From Clostridia bacterium (lineage in GTDB: Bacteria > Bacillota > Clostridia > CAKSNL01 > HGM11501): a stretch of DNA of 64,000 nt. Under the pieces are notes generated by a model. The model ran no database searches, had not been told where the DNA came from, and saw only the letters and a program-made list of their open reading frames with translations. This document shows, one piece after another, positions 48,451 to 58,714 of the stretch. Numbering within the stretch: the first letter of the stretch is position 1; the number at the start of each line of letters is the position of its first letter. A program made the position numbers and the translations under genes. Location of the stretch: assembly GCA_045545475.1 (NCBI GenBank), contig JAZQAZ010000030.1, positions 64,001 through 128,000 of the forward strand. Reading direction: 5' to 3'.

Positions 48451-51201
48451 TTAATTGATGTGCGAAAGCACAGCATTTACTGTGTCAACAGGTGTTGTTC
48501 CCTTTGTGCAGAGGGTATATACTCCGTCTCCCAGTCCTTTTACCTCATAGCCATAGCATTCGGATATGAATGAAAGAGGAATGTAAATAATTCCGTCAAC
48601 CGCAGTGATGGGTGCTGAAAGCTTAACGGGAGCACCGTCAACCTTTGCCTCCAGAGTGCCCAATGTGCTGTATGTCCACTTATAGTTTACTACCTCGGTA
48701 AGCTCATCATTCATCTCAAAGTGATAGGTACGAAGTACATTGTAGAAGGAGTTGTAATCCGTCTTTGTTCTGCCGTATCCCATTATTTCGTTAAATGTAT
48801 CTTCAGGGACATAGAGTGTGCCATTCATTTCCATGGCACGCACATTTCTGTTCTTTTCGTACACAGGCATCTTTCCGCCTGCAACAATCATGTTTTCCGC
48901 ACCCGCCTTAAGAATAGCAGTATCGGAAAGACTTGCACGCTGGGAAGAAGTTACGGCAGTCTGTGCTGTTTCTGTGAAGAGATAATTAAAGCGTCCGTAG
49001 GGTGCTACAGATCCATCCGAATAGAAATTCATGAAGTCATCCTTGCCGGATACGGAGTCTGTCCACTTAAATTCAAAGTCAACCACACCGGTTTCTCCGA
49101 TTAAGCTTCTTATAATTTTAACGGTCATGCAGGCTCCTGAAATTTTGTATTCTGCATCGCCGATTTTTTCCATCGCCCAGACATTTCCCGCATTTTTGTA
49201 AACTACGCCTTTTTCTATCAAGAAGTCATAGCCTTCCCAACCGGTATTATACATTCTGTCGGTATTGATATAAAGGTTAAGGAAACCTTTATCATGCTCT
49301 TTTATATCTTTCTCGCAGGTAACAAGGAAGTAGAGGTTTTCCGCATCGAAAGTAACCTTTGCACTCTTTACGGAATTGTTTACGGTTGTTTTGTAAACAT
49401 AAGGCTCGAAGTTTGTACCTGCTTTAGCTAAGCCTTCCGAATCTCGCTCATAGTTCTGATTTGCATTAAGGAACTCAGGAGTAACGCCATCCCACTGGGA
49501 AACATCTCCCGCAAGGTCGATGGTCTTCATTCCGCCTGCAACAGGAGCAGGACGCACACCTTTATATTTTCTTATAAAGTCAACCATCAGGTTGTAATAG
49601 TCATCCTTAAGTGCTCCACGGCTGGGCTCAAAATCACGGCTGTTTTCATCGTCAAATGTATCAACAAAAGCATTGGGATTTCCGTACCAATCTTCAAAGC
49701 GTATAGCTGTCTGCTCGTTCCATCCGTCTATGTAGATAAACTCCGGCTCTGCACTAAGTGCCAACGCCGCCTGCTCACGGAAGAAGTATGCCTTTCTTGC
49801 ACCCTCTTTGGTATAGTCCTCTCCGAATACTTCGGAATAGCCTCTTCCCTTTGCGTAGTCATTGGATGCAGCACCGCCAAGGCCCATTGCCGCATTGGTA
49901 AGGGTGTTTATGGAGCAACCCACTGCTACAAATTCAGGTCTTCCGGTCTCGTCGGGATTCCTTAGTTTCTGAGGAAAGTGCTCAAGCCAGAACCATTCAT
50001 TGGGTTTAACCTCACTGTCTCTCGTTCCGCCGTAACGGAAGGTGAAAAAGTCGTGAATTTCGGAAACCAGTGCAAGCTGTGCACTGTCCTTTGAATTTGC
50101 CTGTGCCGTGCCATATTCCTTACGGGTATTGGCAAAAATCAACGGCTTTCCGTCAAGGTAATACCATATATCAGAATAATCGTTTTCAACAAAGCAATTC
50201 ATATATATGGCTGCCGGCTGTGTAAAGCTGTACTGATTAGGCATTACTATGGAACCGAGTACAGAAATTTCCGGAATATCAAGACCTGTTGCCTTAGCAT
50301 CGCGAAAGGCTTTTACCAAAACTTTCATAGGTTCAAAGAAAAGATAACCTGAATTTGTGCAGTCGAAGAAAATAACATCTACTCCTGCGTGAGAAAGCAT
50401 TTCAGCATGCTTGCGGTATACAAAGTAGTCATAGCTTGTGTAAAATCCCAGTGCGGGCTCCGACCAGTAGTAAATCCCCTCTTTGTCCCACGCTTTGTGG
50501 AAGTAATCGTATCTTGATTCCGGAGCATTTTTAATGACATCGGAAATTACATGTGCACGTCTGTTTTCAGCACTTGATGTGAACCAATCCCAGTACATAA
50601 TACCAACCTGTCTCGTGTCGGTCTTAACTGCACCTGTTTCGGAAAAGTCCGCAACCTTTCGACCATATGAATCCGTTGCCGCCCAGGTATCGGCATAAAG
50701 GTCAACTACAGCACTGTCAGGAATCTGCATAGACTTATTATCCCTTACATATTCCTCCTTGGAAAAGGTAACCTCATAAAGCTCGGTCGCTCCTCTTCCG
50801 TCACCATAGAGGGATACGAAGTATACGTCATGAGTACCGCTTATCTCTTTTATAAGGGGTGCCTTGAAGAGTCCTGTTCTGTTTTCGCCCATAACAACAT
50901 GGGCCAAAACATCTCCCGTCAAGGGATCGTCGGCCTTTACCAAAAATGTGTCTCCGTTACTTGAGCCTGACACATAGTTTTTCGCATTTATCGAAACCGA
51001 CTTTACCTCCGCAAGTTCAACACCCTTAAATCCGAAGTAGTTGTCCTTTTTCGTATAGCGAAGGCAAGCTTCATTTTTAGTAGCCCCCGAAAGCAATTCT
51101 GCCTCTGTTGCCTTGTAGGTTTTATCCCCTTCTGAAGCAAAAACCGTCATTAACGAAAAGCTCATGCATATTGCCAGAATTAATGCAAATATCTTTTTCA
51201 A
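48451..51201 (-). CDS. Secreted CBM6-like + GH99/GH71-like + beta-sandwich + stalk protein (module 2 enzyme)
   Basis: Full-length paralog of 29447..32203 (YRKHAEM, AYFFREQAA, GWNE, ENSRDFEP, FYSDGSVAPYG); TTG start at 51201 gives a signal peptide. Confidence 0.65.
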   Translation of the reverse strand: MKKIFALILAICMSFSLMTVFASEGDKTYKATEAELLSGATKNEACLRYTKKDNYFGFKGVELAEVKSVSINAKNYVSGSSNGDTFLVKADDPLTGDVLAHVVMGENRTGLFKAPLIKEISGTHDVYFVSLYGDGRGATELYEVTFSKEEYVRDNKSMQIPDSAVVDLYADTWAATDSYGRKVADFSETGAVKTDTRQVGIMYWDWFTSSAENRRAHVISDVIKNAPESRYDYFHKAWDKEGIYYWSEPALGFYTSYDYFVYRKHAEMLSHAGVDVIFFDCTNSGYLFFEPMKVLVKAFRDAKATGLDIPEISVLGSIVMPNQYSFTQPAAIYMNCFVENDYSDIWYYLDGKPLIFANTRKEYGTAQANSKDSAQLALVSEIHDFFTFRYGGTRDSEVKPNEWFWLEHFPQKLRNPDETGRPEFVAVGCSINTLTNAAMGLGGAASNDYAKGRGYSEVFGEDYTKEGARKAYFFREQAALALSAEPEFIYIDGWNEQTAIRFEDWYGNPNAFVDTFDDENSRDFEPSRGALKDDYYNLMVDFIRKYKGVRPAPVAGGMKTIDLAGDVSQWDGVTPEFLNANQNYERDSEGLAKAGTNFEPYVYKTTVNNSVKSAKVTFDAENLYFLVTCEKDIKEHDKGFLNLYINTDRMYNTGWEGYDFLIEKGVVYKNAGNVWAMEKIGDAEYKISGACMTVKIIRSLIGETGVVDFEFKWTDSVSGKDDFMNFYSDGSVAPYGRFNYLFTETAQTAVTSSQRASLSDTAILKAGAENMIVAGGKMPVYEKNRNVRAMEMNGTLYVPEDTFNEIMGYGRTKTDYNSFYNVLRTYHFEMNDELTEVVNYKWTYSTLGTLEAKVDGAPVKLSAPITAVDGIIYIPLSFISECYGYEVKGLGDGVYTLCTKGTTPVDTVNAVLSHIN

Positions 51202-51378
51202 AATTATCCCTTCCTTTGATTTTTTTATAATATTATTATACATTATCCTGCGTTTTTTGTCTTTATCATCAATTCCGACGTATTTATCATTTATTCCACA
51301 AAAAATTTTTCTTTTCTTTTTGGGAAATTTGTGGTATTATATATTAATGGAAGAAATTTTGAAAGGAGAAGTGTCCTT

Positions 51379-53571
51379 ATGAGCGAAGAATTAAAGGCCC
51401 GTCAGGTGGATCAGCTCATCACCGATACCTTAAGAACCAACTATATGCCCTACGCCATGAGCGTTATTGTGTCACGTGCAATTCCGGAGATTGACGGACT
51501 CAAGCCCTCCCACAGAAAGCTACTCTATACAATGTATAAAATGGGCTTGCTTACAGGAGTAAGAACAAAAAGCTCCAACGTTGTGGGCCAGACGATGAAA
51601 TTAAATCCCCATGGTGATATGGCAATATATGATACATTGGTAAGACTTACAAGAGGTAATGCCTCACTTTTATATCCTTTTGTGGATTCCAAAGGATCCT
51701 TTGGTAAAAAATACAGCCGTGATATGGCATCTGCCGCAGCACGTTATACAGAAGTTAAGCTCGCCCCCATTTCGGCGGAACTTTTTTCTGACATTGATAA
51801 AAACAACGTTGACTTTGTGGATAACTTCGATGCCACAATGAAGGAGCCCGTTCTCCTTCCCGTTACTTTCCCGAATATACTGGCAAACCCCAATTTAGGT
51901 ATTGCCGTTGGTATGGCAAGTAACATCTGCTCCTTTAACTTAAAGGAGCTTTGCGATACAACCATCGCCCTTATGAAGGATAAAAATGCCGATATTACGG
52001 AAACTCTGCTTGCTCCTGATTTTCCCGGCGGCGGACAGATTTTATACGACAAGGAGCTTTTCCGTTCCATTTACGAAACAGGAAGAGGAAGCTTTAAGGT
52101 TCGTTCCAAATGGCGTTATGATAAGAAAAATCAGTGCATTGAGGTTTATGAAATTCCCTATACCACCCAGGCAGAGCTTATCATAGAAGCAATCGCAAAG
52201 CTTGTGAAGGACGGAAAGGCAAAAGAAATATCCGACCTTCGTGACGAAACGGATTTAAGCGGTCTTAAAATCACCATTGATGTAAAGCGCGGCACAGACC
52301 CGGATAAATTAATGGCACTTTTATTCTCCAAAACACCGCTTGAGGACAGCTTTGGATGTAACTTCAACATTCTTGTAAAAAACCGCCCCATGGTACTGGG
52401 GGTTCGCGCAATACTGCTTGAATGGCTCGCCTTCAGAATGGAGTGCGTAAAGAGAAGAATTTTATTTGACATTGACAAGAAAAATTCAACACTCCATCTC
52501 TTATACGGCTTAAGAAAGATTTTACTTGACCTTGACAAAGCAATTAAAATTGTTCGTGACACCGAAAACGATGCAGACGTTGTTCCCAATCTTATGCAGG
52601 GCTTCGGCATCGACGAAACCCAGGCAAACTTTGTTGCGGAAATCAAGCTCCGCAATATGAACAAGGAATACATCTTAAAGAAAATCGCAGACGTTGATGA
52701 GCTTGAAAAGGAAATCGCCGACCTTACGGAAACCGTAAAGAGCGATGCGAAAATCAAGAAGCTTATCGCAAATGAGCTTAAGGATGTTGCCGCAAAATAC
52801 GGTGAGGAGAGAAAGAGCGAAATCATCCAGGCAGATGATGTTCCCGTGGTTGAGGCAGTAAGCGAGGTTGAAGACTACAACTTGAAAATGTTCTTAACCA
52901 GAGACAACTACTTAAAGAAGGTTACGCTTGTTTCCCTACGAAGTGCCGCTGACCACAAGCTTAAGGACGGCGACGAAATCATTTCAGAGCAGGAATCCAC
53001 CAACAGAAGCGACCTTTTACTCTTCTCGGATAAAGCTGTTGTTTACAAGATGAAGATTTCAGACCTTCCCGACTGCAAGGCAAGCTCCTTCGGCGAATAT
53101 ATCCCGAACTTAATTGAGCTTGACGAAGGTGAGAAGATTATAAAGATTGTGGCAACGGACAATTACGAAGGCATTATGCTCTTTGCCTTTGAAAACGGTA
53201 AGGTTGCAAAGGTTCCCTTAAAGAGCTATGAAACAAAGACTAACCGTAAAAAGCTTATAAATGCATATTCCGATGCCTCCCCCATCGTGGGAATTATCTA
53301 TACCCCCACCGAAACCGATGTGCTTGCTGAGACCAGCAACGCAAAGCTTCTTTGCTTCAATACAGAAGCTGTCAGCTTGAAGACCACCCGTGATACACAG
53401 GGCGTGAAGGCACTTACTCTTAAGAAAAATGCAACTCTTAAATCAATTTGTCTTGCATCCGAATCAAAGGTTGCCGACCCCAAAAAGTATTACACCAAAA
53501 ATATTCCCGCCGCAGGCTTTTTCCTAAAAGCCTCGGACAAGGCTCCCCAGATGTCACTGTTTGATGAATAA
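51379..53571 (+). CDS. Type IIA topoisomerase A subunit (GyrA/ParC family; ParC-like, no GyrA box seen)
   Basis: YAMSVIVSRA, DGLKP, PHGD, ARYTE catalytic Tyr, GIAVGMA and PDFPGGG motifs; ATG 51379 follows AAAGGAG. Confidence 0.9.
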   Translation: MSEELKARQVDQLITDTLRTNYMPYAMSVIVSRAIPEIDGLKPSHRKLLYTMYKMGLLTGVRTKSSNVVGQTMKLNPHGDMAIYDTLVRLTRGNASLLYPFVDSKGSFGKKYSRDMASAAARYTEVKLAPISAELFSDIDKNNVDFVDNFDATMKEPVLLPVTFPNILANPNLGIAVGMASNICSFNLKELCDTTIALMKDKNADITETLLAPDFPGGGQILYDKELFRSIYETGRGSFKVRSKWRYDKKNQCIEVYEIPYTTQAELIIEAIAKLVKDGKAKEISDLRDETDLSGLKITIDVKRGTDPDKLMALLFSKTPLEDSFGCNFNILVKNRPMVLGVRAILLEWLAFRMECVKRRILFDIDKKNSTLHLLYGLRKILLDLDKAIKIVRDTENDADVVPNLMQGFGIDETQANFVAEIKLRNMNKEYILKKIADVDELEKEIADLTETVKSDAKIKKLIANELKDVAAKYGEERKSEIIQADDVPVVEAVSEVEDYNLKMFLTRDNYLKKVTLVSLRSAADHKLKDGDEIISEQESTNRSDLLLFSDKAVVYKMKISDLPDCKASSFGEYIPNLIELDEGEKIIKIVATDNYEGIMLFAFENGKVAKVPLKSYETKTNRKKLINAYSDASPIVGIIYTPTETDVLAETSNAKLLCFNTEAVSLKTTRDTQGVKALTLKKNATLKSICLASESKVADPKKYYTKNIPAAGFFLKASDKAPQMSLFDE

Positions 53572-53607
53572 TAAAAAGCTGTGAACCGTCGGTTCACAGC
53601 TTTTTAT
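53571..53607. terminator. Bidirectional terminator
   Basis: ATAAAAAGCTGTGAACCG-T-CGGTTCACAGCTTTTTAT. Confidence 0.9.
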
Positions 53608-56003
53608 TAGCCTTTATATATTTCTTCTGCATAGCGGACAGCTTCCATTGCGTCCTTTGCATATCTGTCGGCACCTATTGATGATGCATAGTCTTCTGTT
53701 AAAACCGCACCGCCCACCATAACTTTGCAGGAAGGGAGTTCCTTACGAATGAGTTTTATTGTCTCCTCCATATAAGGAACAGTTGTGGTCATAAGGGCAC
53801 TTAATCCGACAAGCGGAGCATTTTTCTCCTTTGCCGTACTGACAATTTCTAAAGGTTCTACATCCTTTCCCAGGTCAGTTACGTCAAATCCGTAGTTTTC
53901 AAGAAGCAGCTTAACGATATTCTTTCCGATGTCGTGGATGTCTCCCTTAACCGTGGCTATCACAACGGGGCATTTTTTATTCATATCGCTTTTTTCAGCT
54001 TCCATCTTTTCCTTAACCTTGGAAAATGCACATTTCGCCGCCTCCGCACTCATTAAAAGACCGGGCAGGTAAACCTTCTTTTCCTCGAAACCCTTACCTA
54101 CTATATCAAGAGCAGGGATAATTTCCTTTTCCACCACCGAAAGAGGCTTCTCAGTTGTAAGAAGTTCGGCCGTAAGCGACGCTGCACTGTCGGTGAGGCC
54201 TTTTATTATGGCGTCGGAAAGTGCCGAAGCACCGGAAAGCTTTGCTTCATCCGCTTTTCCTGCAGTTTCCTCAATTTTATGACTTTCCGAAAAGCCGATG
54301 TATTCTGTACAGTTTTCATCCATGTCTGAAAGTGCCTTGTACGCATAATAGGTTCTCATCATGGGTATCGAAAAAGGATTCATTATAGCCGCAGAAAGTC
54401 CGTTTGAGAGAGCCATCGCAAAAAACGTTGCATTTATTCCGTCACGCTCCGGAAGTCCGAAAGACACGTTGGAAACACCCAAAGATGTATGACAACCAAG
54501 CTTTTCTCTTATTATTTTAAGTGCTTTAAGAGTTTCCTTTGCGGCAGAAGAATCCGCACTCACCGTCATTGCAAGGGTGTCAAAAACAATATCCTTTTTG
54601 TCAATGCCGTATTCCTTTGCCCTTTTTATAATTTTTTCAGCTATCGCCACTCTTCCCTCCGCCGTTTCGGGGATTCCGTTTCCGTCAAGTGTCAGAGCAA
54701 CTAAAAGACCACCGTATTTTTTTACCAGCGGAAAGATTTTTTCCATGCTTTCTTCCTTACCATTGACGGAATTTATCATGGCCTTTCCGTTATATATTCT
54801 CAAAGCTTTTTCCATAGCATCCGGGTCCGATGTATCAATCTGAAGCGGCAGATTTGTCACCGCCTGGATGGCGCAAACCGCAGATGTAAGCATTGCTTCT
54901 TCGTCGATTTCCGGAAGTCCCGTATTTACATCAAGAATTTTTGCTCCTGCCTCTTCCTGAGAAAGTGCCTCCTTTAAGATGTAATCCATATCGTTTTCGC
55001 GTAAAGCCTGCTTAAGACGCTTTTTACCGGTGGGATTGATTCTCTCCCCGATTAAAACAGGTTCGTTTCCGAAATATACTGCATGAGTATAGGAGGATGC
55101 ACAGGTCAATTTTTTTTCTTCAATGTAAACAGGCGTAATGTCCTTCGTCGCTTCTTTAAGTGCCTTTATATATTCAGGAGTTGTTCCGCAGCATCCGCCT
55201 ACGATTCTTACACCTTTTTCGACAGCCTTTTTCATCTCTTCGGCAAATTCAGATGGTGTTACATCGTAAACTGTTTTTCCGTTTACGCTTTTTGGAAGAC
55301 CTGCGTTAGGTTTCAGAATAATCGGAGCGGAGGAAACTTTAAGCATTTTTTCGTATATCTCAGAAAGTGCTTTTGGGCCAAGGGAACAGTTCATGCCGTA
55401 AGCCGCAGCTCCCATACCTTCAAGCAATGCACTCATGGCTTCGGGATTCGCACCTGTCATTAAAAGGCCGTCTTCTCCATAGGCATTGGAGCAGAAAACA
55501 GGAAGATGGGAATTCTCCTTTGCCGCAAGCATTGCTGCCTTTGTTTCATAGCTGTCATTCATGGTTTCAATCATAATTAAGTCAACACCGTATTTTTCGC
55601 CTAAGGCTACCGTTTTTGAAAAAATTGAAACAGCCTCGGAAAATTCAATATCTCCGTAAGGCTTTAACAGTCTTCCAAGAGGCCCTATATCAAGAGCCAC
55701 ATACTTTTCATGGTTACCCTTTGACTCAAGGGCCGCATCTCTTGCGATTCTGATTGCGGAGGAAACCAGTTCCTCTAATTCAGTATCGGAAAATTTAAGG
55801 CTGTTGGCACCGAAGGTGTTGGTATTTACCACGTTGCTTCCCGCCTCAAAATAGTCCTTATGTATTTTCTTTATGGCATCGGGGTGTGTAATGTTCCATC
55901 TTTCGGGAAGTTCACCAGGCATAAGCCCTTCCTTTTGCAAAAGGGTTCCCATCCCGCCGTCAAGATATAAGATGTTATCTTTTATATAATCAAGAATTTT
56001 CAT
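53607..56003 (-). CDS. metH: Cobalamin-dependent methionine synthase (Hcy-, pterin- and B12-binding domains; no AdoMet reactivation domain)
   Basis: DGGMGT, GMNC, GGCCGT, IGERINPTG, GVSNVSFG and GDIHDIGKNIV motifs. Confidence 0.93.
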   Translation of the reverse strand: MKILDYIKDNILYLDGGMGTLLQKEGLMPGELPERWNITHPDAIKKIHKDYFEAGSNVVNTNTFGANSLKFSDTELEELVSSAIRIARDAALESKGNHEKYVALDIGPLGRLLKPYGDIEFSEAVSIFSKTVALGEKYGVDLIMIETMNDSYETKAAMLAAKENSHLPVFCSNAYGEDGLLMTGANPEAMSALLEGMGAAAYGMNCSLGPKALSEIYEKMLKVSSAPIILKPNAGLPKSVNGKTVYDVTPSEFAEEMKKAVEKGVRIVGGCCGTTPEYIKALKEATKDITPVYIEEKKLTCASSYTHAVYFGNEPVLIGERINPTGKKRLKQALRENDMDYILKEALSQEEAGAKILDVNTGLPEIDEEAMLTSAVCAIQAVTNLPLQIDTSDPDAMEKALRIYNGKAMINSVNGKEESMEKIFPLVKKYGGLLVALTLDGNGIPETAEGRVAIAEKIIKRAKEYGIDKKDIVFDTLAMTVSADSSAAKETLKALKIIREKLGCHTSLGVSNVSFGLPERDGINATFFAMALSNGLSAAIMNPFSIPMMRTYYAYKALSDMDENCTEYIGFSESHKIEETAGKADEAKLSGASALSDAIIKGLTDSAASLTAELLTTEKPLSVVEKEIIPALDIVGKGFEEKKVYLPGLLMSAEAAKCAFSKVKEKMEAEKSDMNKKCPVVIATVKGDIHDIGKNIVKLLLENYGFDVTDLGKDVEPLEIVSTAKEKNAPLVGLSALMTTTVPYMEETIKLIRKELPSCKVMVGGAVLTEDYASSIGADRYAKDAMEAVRYAEEIYKG

Positions 56004-56890
56004 ATATGTTCCTCTATTCCTAAAATTGCAGAAAGATTTTCTCGGATTTTGGCCGCAACAAACGGCTTATTCATGGAATAAACATGCACATTCATCACAT
56101 TGTTAGCATAAAGGTCAATAATCTGATCGGTTGCATAGGCTATTCCCGCCTGACACATAGCATCCGGATTATTTCCGAACTTGTCCACAATGCTGATAAA
56201 TCGGCGTGGCATAAAGGAGCCGGAAAGCTTTACGGCACGCTCAACCTGATTTGCATTGGTAATCGGCATAATTCCCGCAATTACGGGAACGGTTATGCCT
56301 GCTTCTCTTATTTTATAAAGGAAATTATACAAAAGGTTGTTGTCAAAAAACATCTGCGTGGTTAAAAATTCGCACCCCGCATCAACTTTTTCCTTTAAAT
56401 ATTTTATATCATCCTTCTGATTAAGACTTTCCGGATGTACCTCGGGATAACAGGCTCCGCCGATACAGAAATCGGCACCACTATCTTTAAGCTCACGAAC
56501 CAGATCCACCGCATTTTTATAATGCCATGTATTTCTGTCGCTTGCTTTAAGCTCTTCCGTCAAATCCCCTCTTAAGGCAAGAACATTTTCTATTCCCGCA
56601 TTTTTCATGTCAAGGATTCGCTCCCTGACAGTTTCCTTGGTAGAAGAAACACAGGTAAGATGAGCAATCATTGATACACCGAGCTTTTCCTTTATGCTTT
56701 GTGCAATTTCAAGGGTGTACTTACTGGTACCGCCGCCCGCTCCGTAAGTAACACTCATGAAGGAAGGACGAAGGCACGCTATTTCCTCCGTCGCCTTTTT
56801 CACGCTTTCAAAAGCCGTATCAGTTTTGGGCGGAAAAACTTCAAATGATAAACGAGGTTTTTCCTCTTTAAATATTTCTCTAAGCTTCAT
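56000..56890 (-). CDS. metF: 5,10-methylenetetrahydrofolate reductase
   Basis: SFEVFPPK, SVTYGAGG, AHLTC, LALRGD, YPE, TQMFFD and H-x-YSMN motifs; ATG 56890. Confidence 0.95.
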   Translation of the reverse strand: MKLREIFKEEKPRLSFEVFPPKTDTAFESVKKATEEIACLRPSFMSVTYGAGGGTSKYTLEIAQSIKEKLGVSMIAHLTCVSSTKETVRERILDMKNAGIENVLALRGDLTEELKASDRNTWHYKNAVDLVRELKDSGADFCIGGACYPEVHPESLNQKDDIKYLKEKVDAGCEFLTTQMFFDNNLLYNFLYKIREAGITVPVIAGIMPITNANQVERAVKLSGSFMPRRFISIVDKFGNNPDAMCQAGIAYATDQIIDLYANNVMNVHVYSMNKPFVAAKIRENLSAILGIEEHI

Positions 56891-56964
56891 ATTATCAGCT
56901 CTTTTCCATAGATTCTTTTTTATAATAACATAAAGACAAGCTCTTTTCAACATAAAAATAAAAA

Positions 56965-56989
56965 GAAACTGCGGCATTGCCGCAGTTTC
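56965..56989 (-). terminator. Intrinsic terminator
   Basis: GAAACTGCGGCA-T-TGCCGCAGTTTC followed by a T-run on the minus strand. Confidence 0.8.
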
Positions 56990-56998
56990 CGATAAAAC

Positions 56999-58534
56999 TT
57001 ATTTCTTTATAACTATTGTCTGCTCAGCCTGGTTCCATTCGCAGTTAAGACCAAGTGTCTTTGTAAGGAAGATAACGGGAACCATTGCTGTTCCGTCAGC
57101 AGCTGTATGAGTGGGCTTTGCAAGAAGAAGTCTTACGCCGCCTGATGCAAGATAGTTTGAGTTCTTCTTAAAGTTATATGTAACGCCGTTATATGTAACT
57201 GTAATGTCTTCACCGGATTCAGCATATGATCCGCCAAGAGCTTCAACGGTATACTTGAAGGGAAGCATTGTAGCACCGCCTATAATATAGGGTGCTGTTG
57301 CAGTTCCTGCTGTACCATTTGCATTTACGCTTGTGCTTCCGAGCTTAAGGACAATCTTGCCTGAGCCGGGTGCTGTATCAGCAGTTGTTGTTGTCTTAAC
57401 AATCTGAGTCTGAACAACCTTTTCAATAGGACCGAAGAAATCAACTTCTGCAGCCATGCAGTATCTTGTGCTTTCTTCAATAATAACTCTTACAGCCTTA
57501 ACAGTTACGTTCTTACCGAAACCGAAAATTCTCTCTTTGGGGTCGTTTCCGGAATATGTGTTTACAGCTGTGCAAGCTTCAACGTACTTTTTACCGTCTG
57601 TGGAATAAAGAACTCTCACCTTTAACCAGTAACCGCCTGTGCTGTCCTGTCTGGGGGTGTAGCTGATACCGGAAATTTCTGTCTTCTTTGTGAATGTGAA
57701 GTCAAGTGTGAAGGGAGCCTTGTCATATCCTGTGATTGTAGAACCTTCTGCTGTATACGCACTGTGCCAGTATGTCTTTATGTCACCGTCAAGCATCTTG
57801 GGAGAAGATCCGCCCTGACCGTCACTTGTTGCTTTTACAGAAACGCCTGACTTGTCAATCTTTTCGCCAACTGTCTGCACCGCAGTTGTCTTTGTGACAG
57901 CTGCAGAAGGAGCAGGTGTAGTAGTTGCAGTTGTTGTCTGAGTAGTAGCTGCACCCTTCTTATTTGAAATGGTCTTTGCAGCAGCTTCGTCTGTAATTAA
58001 AGCAAGCTCACCGATTTCCCATTCGCCCCAGTTATCATTACTCTTCTGAGAAGAAAGAGAAACATACTTAGCTGTGATTTCTTTTCCGAAATAATAATCG
58101 TCGAACCAGTACTGGCTGTTTGCACTTCTTGTGTTTGCAACTTCTGTCCAGTTCTTACCGTCAGAAGAAATCTTTATAAGAAGAACCTCTGCTCTTCTGT
58201 GCTCTTTACCGTTCATGTTGGGGTCAGCATTTGTACCTTCCGCACCTGCTACGCAGTTTTTACTCATCCAGGAACGGATACCGGAGAACTTCTGTTCGGA
58301 GGAGAAAGCTATCTGGATTGTACCCTTAAGCTTTGCACCGAAGTCGTTTCTTGTGCCGTCAACAAGATTAGCGGTAGTTCCGGAATATGCTCCCTTTTCT
58401 CCGCCTTCATATGTAATTGTTGCACCTGTTATTTTCTTTGCACCCTTCATATCTTCTGTGCCGATTTCAGCAGCAAATACGGATGCACTCATTATCATAA
58501 CAAATGCTAAGATTAATGCTATAGTCTTTTTCAT
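56999..58534 (-). CDS. Secreted protein: 2x F5/8 type C domains, Thr/Ala-rich linkers, stalk domain
   Basis: Signal peptide; LVDG..SGIR..SSDGKNW; MLDGD..YWHSAYTAEG..YTPR; APYI..MLP..MVPV..LG..W. Confidence 0.82.
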   Translation of the reverse strand: MKKTIALILAFVMIMSASVFAAEIGTEDMKGAKKITGATITYEGGEKGAYSGTTANLVDGTRNDFGAKLKGTIQIAFSSEQKFSGIRSWMSKNCVAGAEGTNADPNMNGKEHRRAEVLLIKISSDGKNWTEVANTRSANSQYWFDDYYFGKEITAKYVSLSSQKSNDNWGEWEIGELALITDEAAAKTISNKKGAATTQTTTATTTPAPSAAVTKTTAVQTVGEKIDKSGVSVKATSDGQGGSSPKMLDGDIKTYWHSAYTAEGSTITGYDKAPFTLDFTFTKKTEISGISYTPRQDSTGGYWLKVRVLYSTDGKKYVEACTAVNTYSGNDPKERIFGFGKNVTVKAVRVIIEESTRYCMAAEVDFFGPIEKVVQTQIVKTTTTADTAPGSGKIVLKLGSTSVNANGTAGTATAPYIIGGATMLPFKYTVEALGGSYAESGEDITVTYNGVTYNFKKNSNYLASGGVRLLLAKPTHTAADGTAMVPVIFLTKTLGLNCEWNQAEQTIVIKK

Positions 58535-58677
58535 TTATGTTTCCTCCTTATATGCATTATGGTATAGTATATTATAGCACAACAAGCCACCGTTTCACAA
58601 TCTTTTTTTGTCTTTTTCCTCCACTTTTCTCGCTTTTCGTCATTTTGCACAAACCAAAACGTTTGTTTTTGTGAAAA

Positions 58678-58708
58678 ATGACACTCGCATATATGTTGCG
58701 AGTGTCAT
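58678..58708 (-). terminator. Terminator of module 3
   Basis: ATGACACTCGCA-loop-TGCGAGTGTCAT. Confidence 0.75.
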
Positions 58709-58714
58709 CTGCAG

